A stretch of 64,000 nt of DNA from Desulfuromonadales bacterium (GCA_033549025.1 JAWSUS010000002.1:1-64000), one strand, 5' to 3'; positions 48,415 to 59,403 are shown, counted from the first letter of the stretch. A program made the numbers and translations. The notes: generated by a model from the sequence alone, not told the origin.

Positions 48415-49688
48415 GTCACCGAAACACCAAACCGCTGCAGGTCAATCCCTTCAAGCTGTCTCAGCCGATGGGAGCGACTCTCGCTTTTCTGGGAGTGGAC
48501 AGGTGCATGCCCCTGATGCACGGCGCCATGGGCTGCACCTCCTTCACCAAGGTCTACACCACCCGCCATTTCTGCGAGCCGATCGCCATCCAGACGACAG
48601 CCGTCACCGACATTACGGCGATTCTCGACGGCGGCGACACCAGCATCGTCGAATCGGTCAAGAATATCACCGCCAAGGTCAGCCCCAGCCTCATCGGCCT
48701 GCACAGCACCGGCCTCACCGAAACCAAGGGGGACGATCTGCGCGCCGTCGCCGCCCAGGTCGACTTTCCCCTGGTTTACGTCAACACCCCCGACTACGAA
48801 GGGGGGCTGGAGAGCGGTTGGGCCCTGGCCACCAGGGCGCTGATCGAACAGCTGGTCGCGCCGACCGAAGCCATCGACGACGACAAGGTGGTGCTGATCC
48901 CCCACGTCAGCCTGACCCCCATCGAGGTGGAAAAGATCAAAGACTTTATTGCCGCTTTCGGCTACGACGTCCTGGCGCTACCCGACCTGTCGACCTCCCT
49001 CGACGGCCATCTGGGAGAGAAGCAGGCGGCTCTCTCCAGCGGTGGCATCGAAGTGGAGCAGATTCGTATCCTGGGAGACGCCGGGCTCGTCGTGAGCGTC
49101 GGCGACTCCATGCGGGCCTGCGCCGAGGCGTTGCAGAAGAAAAACCCCTTCATGCGTCATCGACACTTCTCCCATCTCAGTGGACTGGAGGGAACTGATG
49201 CCCTGGCGGCCTGGCTGCTCGCCGAGACAGGCCGGGAGTGTCCACCCGAAGCTATCGTCCGCTGGCGCCGACGCCTGCAGGACGCTATGCTCGATGGCCA
49301 CTTCTCCCTCGGTCAGACCCGCGTGCTGGTTCTCGGCGAACCGGATCACCTGATCGGGCTCTGTCACTCGCTGCTTGAAGCAGGCGCCAAAGTTACCGTC
49401 GCCATCAGTACCGTCGCCTCCCCCCAGTTGGAAAAAATCCCTGCTGGCAGGGTGCTGGTCGGCGACCTGGAGGATGCCGAGAACCTGTGTGACGCCTATG
49501 ACCTGATCATCGGCAACGGCCACTGCGAGGCGCTGGCCCATCGGCTACACAAAGCCCTGGTGCTGCGAGGATTTCCCAATTGGGAGGAGGTAGGCAATCC
49601 GCTAAAACAGGATGTGCTGTATGAAGGCGGCGCCTACTTTCTGTGCGAGTGCGCCAACGCAGCGGAGAAGCTGCGGGGGCATGGGTAA
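48402..49688 (+). CDS. nifN: FeMo-cofactor scaffold NifN
   Basis: VNPFKLSQPMGA, HGAMGCTSF, TGLTETKGDD, PDLSTSLDGH. Confidence 0.93.
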   Translation: MGEISHRNTKPLQVNPFKLSQPMGATLAFLGVDRCMPLMHGAMGCTSFTKVYTTRHFCEPIAIQTTAVTDITAILDGGDTSIVESVKNITAKVSPSLIGLHSTGLTETKGDDLRAVAAQVDFPLVYVNTPDYEGGLESGWALATRALIEQLVAPTEAIDDDKVVLIPHVSLTPIEVEKIKDFIAAFGYDVLALPDLSTSLDGHLGEKQAALSSGGIEVEQIRILGDAGLVVSVGDSMRACAEALQKKNPFMRHRHFSHLSGLEGTDALAAWLLAETGRECPPEAIVRWRRRLQDAMLDGHFSLGQTRVLVLGEPDHLIGLCHSLLEAGAKVTVAISTVASPQLEKIPAGRVLVGDLEDAENLCDAYDLIIGNGHCEALAHRLHKALVLRGFPNWEEVGNPLKQDVLYEGGAYFLCECANAAEKLRGHG

Positions 49689-49734
49689 GCGGGAAAAGCG
49701 GAACACACCCATACTGTTTAGTGGCAGTCTGCCG

Positions 49735-50790
49735 TCAATAAAGCGGCCGAAAGGCCGACGCCTTCACAATCGCGTAAATTTCCGATCCCTCCTTGATTTC
49801 CAGTTCCCTGACCGCCTCGCGCACCAGTTGCGAAACGAGGGGGCGACCGCCGCAATCCAGTTCGACACCGATACGGTTGCCGCTCTCGAAAATCCGCCCA
49901 ACTCGGCACGGCAGCAGATTACGAGCGCTGCTCGCCTCGGGCCGGCCTTTGAAAAGAGTGACATCCTTGGAGGATAGCTGGAAGAGGGCCGATTCTTGGG
50001 AGGCACGCTCGGTGAGAATCAGCCGTTGTCCGCCCCAGTCGTAAGCCCAGAGATCATCCACCGGCCGGGGACGTTCCAGGGTCAGCAGGTTGATGTAGCC
50101 TGCCTGCCGGCTCCCCATCAGGCTTCGGGCCAACTCCTCCGCTGAAGACTGGGAGAGCAGCCGCCCACCGTCGAAGAGCAGGACGTCATCGGTCATCAGG
50201 CGCATTTCGTTGAGGGAATGGCTGATAAAGATCAGGGGGATGCCGAATTCGTCGAAGACCGCCTTGAGGTAGGGGATGATCTGATACTTGCTATCCGCAT
50301 CGAGTCCGGTCAGAGGCTCGTCCATGAGAATCAGGCGCGGGCAGGAGAGTACCGCCCGCCCCAGGGCGACCCGCCGCCGTTCCCCACCGGAGAGGGTGGT
50401 GACGTCGCGCTCCAGCAGGGGGCCGAGACCCAGCATCTCGCCGAGGGCTTCGGGCGCGATGCGGCGGTCCCGCCGGGGAATGCGTTTGTAGCCATAGAGA
50501 AGATTGCGGCGCACGTTCAAGTGGGGAAAGAGATGAGCGTGCTGGAAAACCACGGCGAGGCGCCGCCGCTCCGGCGGGACCATCAGCTTGCGCCTTCCGT
50601 CGTAGAGGGGTTCCCCGTCGAGGCATATCAGGCCGGCGTCGGGGCGAATCAGACCGGCCAGCATCCCCATCAAGGTCGATTTACCACTCCCCGACTTGCC
50701 ATAGACACCGATGCGCTGACCTTCCACGGCAAAGCCGGCCGAAAAGTGAAAATCCCCCAGACGTTTTTCCAGCGCGACTTCCAGTTTCAT
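49735..50790 (-). CDS. modC: Molybdate ABC transporter ATPase
   Basis: GKSGSGKST, LFPHLNV, LSGGE, SSARN + TOBE; ATG 50790 overlapping the modB stop. Confidence 0.92.
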   Translation of the reverse strand: MKLEVALEKRLGDFHFSAGFAVEGQRIGVYGKSGSGKSTLMGMLAGLIRPDAGLICLDGEPLYDGRRKLMVPPERRRLAVVFQHAHLFPHLNVRRNLLYGYKRIPRRDRRIAPEALGEMLGLGPLLERDVTTLSGGERRRVALGRAVLSCPRLILMDEPLTGLDADSKYQIIPYLKAVFDEFGIPLIFISHSLNEMRLMTDDVLLFDGGRLLSQSSAEELARSLMGSRQAGYINLLTLERPRPVDDLWAYDWGGQRLILTERASQESALFQLSSKDVTLFKGRPEASSARNLLPCRVGRIFESGNRIGVELDCGGRPLVSQLVREAVRELEIKEGSEIYAIVKASAFRPLY

Positions 50791-51482
50791 GAGGACTTCT
50801 CCTTCCCGGCGCGCCGCCGGCCGACCAGGCGTTCGTTCCCCAGCAGCACAGCCAGGGAAAGGGCAATGGCGACCAGGCAGAGGGTCAAGGCCTGAGCATC
50901 CCCACCGGGAACGGCGGTGTAGTCGTAGATGGCCAGCGGGATAGTCCGGGTCGAGCCGGCGATGTTGCCGGCGATCATGATGGTAGCGCCAAATTCGCCA
51001 AGCCCGCGCGCAAACATCAGCGTCGCGCCAGCCAGCATTGAGCGCCAGGAGAGGGGAAGGATCATGGTGAAAAGCAGGTCGTGCCAGGGGGCGCCCAGGG
51101 TCCGTGCCGCCGCGAGCAGGTCCTTGTCGATGCTCTCCATGCCGATGCGCAGCGACCGCACCAGCAGGGGAAAGCCGACCACCAGGGCCGCCAGCACCGC
51201 CGCTTTCCAGGTGAAGATAACCCGGATGCCGAGGGTATTCAGCAGCCCGCCGAGCCAACTGTCCTGCCCCAGCAACAGCAGCAACAGATAGCCGACTACC
51301 ACCGGCGGCAGCACCAGCGGCAGATTGACCAGCCCTTCCAGCAGCGCCTTGCCCGGCAGGCGGGTGAAGACCAGCACGGCCGCAACGGCGAAGCCTGCCG
51401 GCAGGGCCAGCAGGGTCGCCAAGGTCGCCACCTGGGCCGAAAGCCAGATGGCCTGATAATCGTTGCCGGTCAATTCAAACAT
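50787..51482 (-). CDS. modB: Molybdate ABC transporter permease
   Basis: LPLVLPPVVVGY, FARGLGEFGATI, TIPLAIY. Confidence 0.95.
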   Translation of the reverse strand: MFELTGNDYQAIWLSAQVATLATLLALPAGFAVAAVLVFTRLPGKALLEGLVNLPLVLPPVVVGYLLLLLLGQDSWLGGLLNTLGIRVIFTWKAAVLAALVVGFPLLVRSLRIGMESIDKDLLAAARTLGAPWHDLLFTMILPLSWRSMLAGATLMFARGLGEFGATIMIAGNIAGSTRTIPLAIYDYTAVPGGDAQALTLCLVAIALSLAVLLGNERLVGRRRAGKEKSS

Positions 51483-51496
51483 CGGATCCTCTCCGG

Positions 51497-52246
51497 TCAG
51501 GGGCCTTTCGCTGTCACCAGGAAGCCGTGCCGCGCCAGGATTTGTCGCGCTGTTTCTCCCTGGAGAAAGTTGAAGAAGGCACCGGCCGCCGCATTTTCCC
51601 GTCCGCTCAGGGTCAGTGCCATGGGGTAGCTCACCGGAGCATGCAAAACCCCGGGAATTTCATAGAGAATCTGCGCCTTTTGAGCGAGGCGGGCGTCGGT
51701 GCGATAGACCAGGGCCGCGTCGACTTCGCCGCGCTCGGCGAGGACCACCGCCTGACCGACATCCTTAACCGGCACCAGGTGCTTTCGCAGGGCCTCATAG
51801 AGACCGGCGGTCGTGAGGGCCTGCTCGGCATACTCGCCGGCCGGGCCACTTTTCGGGTTGACCAGGGCGATGCGCTCCAGCTTCAACAGATCGTCCAGTC
51901 CGGTCAGGGGGGCCGAAGCCCGCCCGATAACCACCAGCTGATTACCGGCCAGAACAGCGGCAGCCTGGTCGAGCAGCCCCTTTTCCCCCAGATAGTCGAG
52001 CCATTTCCCGTTGGCCGAAACGAAGAGGTCAACGGGGGCTCCCTGCTCGATCTGTCGGGCCAGGGTACCGGAAGCGCCGAAGTTGCTCGCAAAACGGACC
52101 GCGTCAGCTTCTAATGCGTACTCTTCAGTCAAGGCTCCCATGACCTCGCGCAGGCTCGCGGCCACCGACAGCCGCACCTCGGCGGCCATGGCGGCTGAGC
52201 CAAGCAGGAGCCATCCCAGCAACCAGACCGACGCAAGAGTTTTCAT
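51497..52246 (-). CDS. modA: Molybdate-binding periplasmic protein
   Basis: VAASL, FGASGTLARQIEQGAP, SAN, VYRTDA; ATG 52246. Confidence 0.93.
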   Translation of the reverse strand: MKTLASVWLLGWLLLGSAAMAAEVRLSVAASLREVMGALTEEYALEADAVRFASNFGASGTLARQIEQGAPVDLFVSANGKWLDYLGEKGLLDQAAAVLAGNQLVVIGRASAPLTGLDDLLKLERIALVNPKSGPAGEYAEQALTTAGLYEALRKHLVPVKDVGQAVVLAERGEVDAALVYRTDARLAQKAQILYEIPGVLHAPVSYPMALTLSGRENAAAGAFFNFLQGETARQILARHGFLVTAKGP

Positions 52247-52256
52247 GCTACCTCCT

Positions 52257-53132
52257 TCAAACGGCCTGGGCGTGCAGGGCTTCCAGATCGATGTCCCGTC
52301 CCACCACCCCGGCGGCATCGGCGCGGCACTGTTTGCAGTGGCGAGCCTGGGAGAGGATCAGCTCGGCCTGGTTGCGGACCATCTCCATAACCGCTTCGGA
52401 AGGGGGCTCGATATCCTGGAAGAGCCCGATGGGGATCACGGGAATAATGTTCATCATAGTCGCCCCAAGCTCCCTCACCTTGACGGCCAGTTCCAGGGTT
52501 TCGTGGTCATTGACTCCCGGGATGTACACGTGGTTAATCTTGACCATCAGCCCGGCCTTCGCTGCCATCTCCACCCCTATGAGCTGCTGCCTGAGGAGGA
52601 TCTCCGCTGCTTCCTGGCCGCTGAGACGCTGACCGTCAAACCTGATCCATTCGGTGATCTTGGCGCCGGTTTCAGGGCTCAGGGCATTAATGGTGACGGT
52701 CAGACTGTGGATGTCGGCCTCAAGGAGCTGGTCCAGCATCTCGGGCAGGCGCAGACCGTTGGTTGACAGGCACAGGGTCATCTCGGGGAAGGCTTCCCGT
52801 ACCAGCGTAAACGTTTCAAAAGTCTTGGGATTGGCCAGCGGATCGCCGGGGCCGGCAATACCGACCACCTTGAGTTGAGCCCCTCCGGCTTTCTCCATGT
52901 GGGCCTTGACAAGACGTACCCTCTCGACGCCCTGGGCCGGAGTGAGCACCCTGCTGGTAACACCGGGGCGGCTTTCATTGGCGCAGTCGAACTTGCGCTC
53001 GCAGAATCCACACTTGATATTGCAGCCCGGAGCGACGGGGAGGTGAATACGGCCAGCCTTGCTGTGGTCACCGCCGAAGCAGGGGTGGTCGGACTGAACT
53101 TTGGCTTTCATCATCGGGCACTGCTTGGCCAT
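52257..53132 (-). CDS. nifB: NifB radical SAM protein (no C-terminal NifX-like domain)
   Basis: HPC, HLPVAPGCNIKCGFC, NESRPG, AGPGDPL, LSTNG, CKQCRADA; ATG 53132 after AAGGAG. Confidence 0.92.
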   Translation of the reverse strand: MAKQCPMMKAKVQSDHPCFGGDHSKAGRIHLPVAPGCNIKCGFCERKFDCANESRPGVTSRVLTPAQGVERVRLVKAHMEKAGGAQLKVVGIAGPGDPLANPKTFETFTLVREAFPEMTLCLSTNGLRLPEMLDQLLEADIHSLTVTINALSPETGAKITEWIRFDGQRLSGQEAAEILLRQQLIGVEMAAKAGLMVKINHVYIPGVNDHETLELAVKVRELGATMMNIIPVIPIGLFQDIEPPSEAVMEMVRNQAELILSQARHCKQCRADAAGVVGRDIDLEALHAQAV

Positions 53133-53157
53133 AACGGGTCTCCTTGGCTGGGGACGC

Positions 53158-53277
53158 AAAAAGAGCGCTCCCTGTTGTTGGTAAGCGCCCTTGCTGATTC
53201 CACAGCGTAATAAAACCCCGGGGTCGATGCCCCGAGGCTTCATTGCCGAGAGAGAAAAACCGGTACGTCCTTGTACC
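53158..53277 (-). promoter_or_regulatory. Tandem ANTAR hairpins and terminators in the nifB-modABC leader
   Basis: P1 GGTAC-AAGGAC-GTACC, P2 GGC-AATGAA-GCC overlapping terminator 1, P3 AGC-AAGGGC-GCT overlapping terminator 2. Confidence 0.8.
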
Positions 53278-53302
53278 TGTAAATTGATTTAATCCATAGA
53301 AT

Positions 53303-53318
53303 TGCGAATTGCATGCCA
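53303..53318 (-). promoter_or_regulatory. Sigma54 promoter of nifB
   Basis: TGGCATGCAATTCGCA (GG-N10-GC). Confidence 0.8.
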
Positions 53319-53441
53319 AGCTGTGGGGGGCTAAAACAGGGGATGGAAAGTCCTATCCCGGGTTTTTCTGCCCATACCAGAGGCAACAACGACAAAAAGC
53401 GATCGCTTTTTGTGCAGCAGCACAGAGAGCTCCTTTCGAGC

Positions 53442-53813
53442 TCAGCTGGAACACCCGGATGAACGACAATGGCAATGGTTGCCGGCATGCAACGCGGAAC
53501 AGATGGCCTCCTCGATCGGTCCGGAGGCACTGACGTGACGGATACCGGCCTTTTCCAGTTCCTGGCGGGGATAATCGCCGATCTGCGCGGTGACCATCAG
53601 GGTACAGCCATCCAGCGCGGCCAGGATGCCGGCCATGCGGCTGTGACTGAAGACATGATCAGGGTCAGCGGAGCAGAACTTGACCACCGGCACCTCGGAG
53701 ATCTTGGCAGGTGAAGCACAGGATTCCCCGATTTCATAAATGTGAAATTTTTCGGCGTGACCGAAGTGTTGGTCGACTTCGGTTCCGCTTTTGGATGCTA
53801 CCGCAATACGCAT
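53442..53813 (-). CDS. NifB/NifX-family FeMo-co precursor-binding protein
   Basis: IAVASKSG.EVDQHFGHA, QIG; Cys-rich tail. Confidence 0.88.
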   Translation of the reverse strand: MRIAVASKSGTEVDQHFGHAEKFHIYEIGESCASPAKISEVPVVKFCSADPDHVFSHSRMAGILAALDGCTLMVTAQIGDYPRQELEKAGIRHVSASGPIEEAICSALHAGNHCHCRSSGCSS

Positions 53814-53894
53814 TTCAACCTCCTGAGTTCTACCGGAGTGAGGTCTTCCGGCACCTTGTCCGGAAGACCCGAGAGAACCCCCGTGCAGCGTTTC

Positions 53895-54164
53895 CTAAAC
53901 TTCCATGGTCGTAAAAGTGAAACACTTTTTGGGGCAGGTGACGCCGCAACCGGCGCAGCCGATACAGTCACCTGAGTTGACGATGGTCATGACCATACGG
54001 GTAGAATCCGTCTCTTCGTCAACAAGGTCTTCAGGACCCAGTACCTTGCGCGAGCAGGCCTTGAAGCAGCGGCCGCAGCCGATGCATTTTTCGGGGTCGA
54101 TCGTCTCGGCGAAGGTTGGCGTCCAGTCTCTGCCCCCCCGGGTTTTACCGGTCAGCAATGGCAT
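53895..54164 (-). CDS. fdxB: Nif-specific ferredoxin III, 2x[4Fe-4S]
   Basis: WTP, CIGCGRCFKAC, CIGCAGCGVTCP. Confidence 0.9.
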   Translation of the reverse strand: MPLLTGKTRGGRDWTPTFAETIDPEKCIGCGRCFKACSRKVLGPEDLVDEETDSTRMVMTIVNSGDCIGCAGCGVTCPKKCFTFTTMEV

Positions 54165-54213
54165 GGTGAATCTCCTTTATTGGGGAATCGTGTTTTCCTG
54201 AATGGATCCGGTC

Positions 54214-54594
54214 TCAAGCTAACCCGGGACGTTCGCCCTTGAGCATAGCCTTCTGGAGCCAGGGTGGCGGGCTGCCGCGCAGAACCTCCTGCAATTTTTC
54301 CACGACCGTGGTGATGGCCTCCTGGTCTTTGCTTTTGATCGGATGAATTTTTTTGGCAACGAGCCGAGCCGCAGCGGGCCCGCCGATCTCCGCCACATAG
54401 ACCAGCGCACAGTCCGAAAGTCCTGAGCAGCGCGCTTCGATACGGTCGGCTTCATCAGCGCCTTCGGTCTTGACCTGCACCACCCCACTGAACTCAGCGG
54501 CATCAGGACCGACTTCCCAGATGGTGAACTGCTCGGCGCGACCAAAGTGTTCATTTACGAAAACCTTGTCGGTACTGGCAAATGCTACTTTCAT
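54214..54594 (-). CDS. nifX: NifX
   Basis: MKVAFAS, VNEHFG, IGGPAAARLV, PPPWL; ATG 54594. Confidence 0.9.
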   Translation of the reverse strand: MKVAFASTDKVFVNEHFGRAEQFTIWEVGPDAAEFSGVVQVKTEGADEADRIEARCSGLSDCALVYVAEIGGPAAARLVAKKIHPIKSKDQEAITTVVEKLQEVLRGSPPPWLQKAMLKGERPGLA

Positions 54595-54663
54595 GGTCAA
54601 TCCCTCCCGGCCCGGTCGACCGACGATGACGAATCTGCTGGTGCGAATCATGGGGGTTCTCCC

Positions 54664-54712
54664 GTAGGGGCGTGATCCACCACGCCCTGGGCGCAAGGAA
54701 TGGCGCCCCTAC
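54664..54712. repeat. GTAG-type REP doublet (REPIN-like), copy 1
   Basis: GTAGGGGCGTGATCCACCACGCCC-T-GGGCGCAAGGAATGGCGCCCCTAC. Confidence 0.75.
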
Positions 54713-54720
54713 CATTCTGG

Positions 54721-56184
54721 CTACCGCATCATCTCGAACCACTGGTCCTCGCAGGTCTCATCTTTGATCTCGAGGAACTTATTGGCGATCATGGTCAGCA
54801 TACTGATCGCGCCGTTGTAACCGATCACCGGGGTGCGGTGCAGGTTGACGCGGTCGATGATGGGGAAGCCGATACGGAACAGGGGAATCCCGGCGTCACG
54901 TGCCGCCCACTTGGCGTGGGTGTCGCCGATGATGCCGTCGACCGGATCGGTGACCAGCAGGGAACGCATGTGCCAGAGATCCTTGTTGATGTAGCAGGTA
55001 CACCCTTCGCCGAACGGTGACGAGGCGAGCAGCGCGTCCATCTCCTTCTGGAACTTTTTGGTTGCCCGTGAGCAGAGCACATGCCAGGGACGGGCGCCCA
55101 TCTCGAGCAGGAAGCTGACGATACCGATGAGATAGTCGGGATCACCAGCCACGGCGAACTTTCGGCCGTGCAGGTACTGGTGGGCGTCGGTCATGGCGTC
55201 GACCGCCAGGGCGCGCTCCTTTTTGAGCACCTCCGGAATCGGCTTGTCGAACAGCGCACTCAGTTTGAGCAACAGCTCGTCGGTCTTCTTGATGCCGAAG
55301 GGCATCGGCAGCACCGCCTTCTCGCCAGTGTACTCGGATTCGATCCATTTCATGGTATTGACCGTTGCGTACTTCTGGAAGGCGATGGTCGCCTTGCCGT
55401 TGATCGACTCCGCGGCATCCTCGAGCTTGGTGCCGCCCGGGTAGAGCTTGTACTCGCCGTCGCAACCCGAATCGAAGACGTCGGAGACGTCGGCGAGCAT
55501 GGTGTAGGGGATCCCCATCAGTTCGCAGATCCGCTTGTACTCACGCAGGTTGCCGACGTTGCCGTCAAAACCGGGGATGATGTTGAGCTTGCCGGTACAC
55601 TTGCCTTCGACGCTCTTCCCCTCGGTGAGGGTCTGCAGGATACTCAGCAGCATCGCGTCGTAACCGTGGATGTGGGTGCCATTGAAGCTCGGGGTGTTGG
55701 CGTAGGGGGTCGGCACCTCTTCCGGCAGGTGCCCCTGCAGCTTGGCGTTCTTGATAAAGGCGGTCAGATCGTCGCCGATGACCTCCGGCATGCAGGTGGT
55801 ATAGATAGGGATCATCTTCGGCTTGTAGAGGGCGTAGGCGTTCGCCAGACCTTCGAACAGGTTGTTCTGGCCGCCAAACACGGCGCCGTCCTCGGTCATG
55901 GCGTCACAGGTCGCCGCCGCCGGTTCGCGGTAGTGGCGGGAAAAAGTGCTGCGGAAATAGGAGGCACAGCCCTGGGAGCCGTGCACGAACGGCAGGGCGC
56001 CCTCGAAGCCGGTGGCCACCATCTGTGCGCCGAGTGGCTGGCAGGCGTGGGCCGGGTTGACCACCAGGGCGGTGCGGGCAAAGTTCTTCTCTTTATACTC
56101 TTCCGAATTGATCCATTCCTTGACCCGGTCGATCTCTGACTCTGGGGTCTCGGTCACGAATTTGATGGCTGTTTCTGCGCTCAT
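54721..56184 (-). CDS. nifK: Nitrogenase MoFe protein beta chain
   Basis: NPAHACQPLGA, HGSQGCASYF, TTCMPEVIGDD; ATG 56184. Confidence 0.97.
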   Translation of the reverse strand: MSAETAIKFVTETPESEIDRVKEWINSEEYKEKNFARTALVVNPAHACQPLGAQMVATGFEGALPFVHGSQGCASYFRSTFSRHYREPAAATCDAMTEDGAVFGGQNNLFEGLANAYALYKPKMIPIYTTCMPEVIGDDLTAFIKNAKLQGHLPEEVPTPYANTPSFNGTHIHGYDAMLLSILQTLTEGKSVEGKCTGKLNIIPGFDGNVGNLREYKRICELMGIPYTMLADVSDVFDSGCDGEYKLYPGGTKLEDAAESINGKATIAFQKYATVNTMKWIESEYTGEKAVLPMPFGIKKTDELLLKLSALFDKPIPEVLKKERALAVDAMTDAHQYLHGRKFAVAGDPDYLIGIVSFLLEMGARPWHVLCSRATKKFQKEMDALLASSPFGEGCTCYINKDLWHMRSLLVTDPVDGIIGDTHAKWAARDAGIPLFRIGFPIIDRVNLHRTPVIGYNGAISMLTMIANKFLEIKDETCEDQWFEMMR

Positions 56185-56214
56185 GGCGTAAATCTCCTGT
56201 ATAACGGGGTGACT

Positions 56215-56279
56215 GTAGGGGCGCCATTCATTGCGCCCTTTTTGTTTTCGAAACCGGGCGTGATAAATCACGCCCCTAC
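56215..56279. repeat. GTAG-type REP doublet (REPIN-like), copy 2, inverted relative to copy 1
   Basis: Reverse complement reads GTAGGGGCGTGATTTATCACGCCC-N17-GGGCGCAATGAATGGCGCCCCTAC. Confidence 0.75.
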
Positions 56280-56292
56280 ATCGCGTCACGGT

Positions 56293-57735
56293 TTAAAAAG
56301 GGCTTTTGACCAATCCCCAGGTCGGGCTGTTGATCGCCATGTCGATATCGCGGGCGAAGATCTTGAACCCTTCGTAGCCGTGATACGGGCCGGAGTAGTC
56401 CCAGCTGTGCATCTGCCGGAAGGGGATGCCCGCTTTCTGGAACACGTACTTCTCCTTGATGCCGCTGCCGACCAGGTCGGGCTTGAACTCTTCGACGAAC
56501 TTCTCCAGCTCGAACTCGGAGACGTCGTCGTAGATCAGGGTTCCCTTGGCCATCTCCGGAGCGGTGCGATCGTAGTCGTCCTGGTGGGCGAACTCGTACC
56601 CCGCGCCGGTGATCTGGATGCCGAGGTCCTCGTAAGCGCCGATGGTGTGTCGCGGGCGCAGGCCGCCGACGAACAGCATGGCGGTCTTGCCGTCGAGGCG
56701 CGGCTTGTACTCGGCGATCACCTCGTCCATCTCCTTGCGGTACTTCTTGATCACTTTTTCGACGTTCTTCTTGATCTTGTCGTCGAAGCGCTCGGCGATG
56801 GCACGCAGGCTCTCCTCGATCTTGGTGGGGCCGAAGAAGTTGTACTCGAGCCAGGGGATACCCCACTTCTCTTCCATGACCTTGCACATATAGTTCATGG
56901 AGCGGTAGCAGTGGATCAGGTTGAGCTTCACCGCGTGAGTGGCGCCGATCTTCTCGACCTCGCCATCGCCGGTCCAGACCGACTTGACGTTGAGACCGAT
57001 CTCTTCAAGGATCGGCTTGGCCGCCCAGACGTCGCCGCCGATGTTGTAGTCGCCGATCAGGGCCACGTCGTAGGGCCCGGGCTCCTCCCGGTACTGATAC
57101 TTGCCGATGATGTGGTCACGGATCGAGTCGTTGGAGATGTGGTGCCCGAGGGACTGGGAGACGCCGCGAAAACCCTCGCAGTTACAGGGGACCACCAGCT
57201 TGTCGAGTTCGATTTCCATTTTTTTGGCGACGGCGTTGATGTCGTCACCGATCAGGCCGACCGGGCACTCGGAGAGGATCGACATCCCCTTGTTGAGCGG
57301 AAAGAGTTCATCGGCCTCACGCAGCAGGGTTTCAAGTTTCTTGTCGCCGCCATAGACGATGTCACGCTCCTGGAAGTCGGAGGTGAAGTCCATCGGGAAG
57401 GAGGTGACGCCCGGGATGCCCTGCATCAGGTTGCGACGGGTCCCCCAGCTGTAGACGCCGCAGCCGATCGGGCCGTGGGAGACGTGGACCATGTCACGGA
57501 TCGGTCCCCAGACCACGCCCTTGGCACCGGCGTAGGCGCAGCCGCGCTGGCTCATAACGCCCGGAACGACCTTCTTGTTCGACTTGACCGCGCAGGGGGA
57601 GGCACTCGGCTCGTTGGCGCCGAGGTGCGGCGCTCGCTTCTTGGCGGCCTTGGCCGGCATTTCGGCCAGGGTCTCCGCGATCAGTTTTTCGGTTTTTTCT
57701 TTTGTCACGCCCTTGATGGGCTTTCTCTCAGCCAT
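56293..57735 (-). CDS. nifD: Nitrogenase MoFe protein alpha chain
   Basis: [45 protein letters not shown]. Confidence 0.98.
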   Translation of the reverse strand: MAERKPIKGVTKEKTEKLIAETLAEMPAKAAKKRAPHLGANEPSASPCAVKSNKKVVPGVMSQRGCAYAGAKGVVWGPIRDMVHVSHGPIGCGVYSWGTRRNLMQGIPGVTSFPMDFTSDFQERDIVYGGDKKLETLLREADELFPLNKGMSILSECPVGLIGDDINAVAKKMEIELDKLVVPCNCEGFRGVSQSLGHHISNDSIRDHIIGKYQYREEPGPYDVALIGDYNIGGDVWAAKPILEEIGLNVKSVWTGDGEVEKIGATHAVKLNLIHCYRSMNYMCKVMEEKWGIPWLEYNFFGPTKIEESLRAIAERFDDKIKKNVEKVIKKYRKEMDEVIAEYKPRLDGKTAMLFVGGLRPRHTIGAYEDLGIQITGAGYEFAHQDDYDRTAPEMAKGTLIYDDVSEFELEKFVEEFKPDLVGSGIKEKYVFQKAGIPFRQMHSWDYSGPYHGYEGFKIFARDIDMAINSPTWGLVKSPF

Positions 57736-57788
57736 AGGGTGTCTCCTTATTTACCTTAACGAAAAATGCTTCTAACACCTAACCTCTA

Positions 57789-57910
57789 GCGGCGGGCAAG
57801 TTGCCCTCAGATCAAGGCGCCGCCCTGGACGGCGGGGGAGGCGTAGCAGCGCTACGTCGAGCGTGCCGGCCGGGGCGGCAACGCCGAACTGGGGGCAAAT
57901 CGGCCGTTGC
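57789..57910. repeat. Long imperfect palindromic intergenic element (MITE-like)
   Basis: TTGCCCTCAG...CTGGGGGCAA outer arms, GCCGCCCTGG/CCGGGGCGGC inner arms, central GCGTAGC-agc-GCTACGT. Confidence 0.6.
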
Positions 57911-57913
57911 CGA

Positions 57914-58894
<981 letters not shown>

Positions 58895-58981
58895 CTAAAA
58901 TGACAGAGCCCCATACGGAAAATCCGGATGGGGCGCCAGTGCCCGGCGGCTCCGTCATGGGACCGCCATAAGTTCTTGCAG

Positions 58982-59057
58982 AAAAAATAAAACGCCCGGT
59001 GGGGATATCCCGCCGGGCGCCGTTGCCTGCTTTACTCAAGACACCGCTTTGTGTCTC
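58982..59057 (-). promoter_or_regulatory. ANTAR dual hairpin and terminator in the nifH leader
   Basis: P1 GAGACAC-AAAGCG-GTGTCTT, P2 GGC-AACGGC-GCC overlapping terminator CGCCCGG...CCGGGCG-TTTTATTTTTT. Confidence 0.88.
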
Positions 59058-59088
59058 GAAAAAAAGTTTTTGGTTTTGTTTATCTTTC

Positions 59089-59104
59089 TGCAGAAGGCAT
59101 GCCA
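59089..59104 (-). promoter_or_regulatory. Sigma54 promoter of nifH
   Basis: TGGCATGCCTTCTGCA (GG-N10-GC). Confidence 0.82.
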
Positions 59105-59328
59105 GATGTGCATCGGAGTCCCTCACCTCGGGTGGCTGATCCCTTCTGAACCGCTTTATTGCAAGCCATAGTCCAACCTTCACTCCCCGCTCGCGACCGC
59201 CAATTGTCCTGCGCGGTGGCCCTCGTCGCAGGGGCTACGTGCTTAAAAAACAAGCTATCCTGCCCAAAAAAACACCCCCGCCCCCGCTGCCTTCTCCTAT
59301 AAGTCCCCGTTTTTACGTCAATGCCCGG

Positions 59329-59344
59329 CGGCATGAAGATTGAA
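59329..59344 (+). promoter_or_regulatory. Possible variant sigma54 promoter of amt
   Basis: CGGCATGAAGATTGAA: -24 matches, -12 is GA rather than GC. Confidence 0.4.
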
Positions 59345-59403
59345 ATGGCTGAACCATCCGGAATCAATGACGCTCCGGCCCCTAAAAACAAGGAGGTTTT
59401 AAA

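Noticed and set aside
53148..53165. c-di-GMP-I (GEMM) riboswitch word GGGACGCAAA
   Set aside because: Wrong strand for nifB and lacks the upstream GGCAAAC/GAAA stem
54664..56279. CRISPR repeats
   Set aside because: Only two copies, inverted, 1.5 kb apart around a gene; no spacers or cas genes
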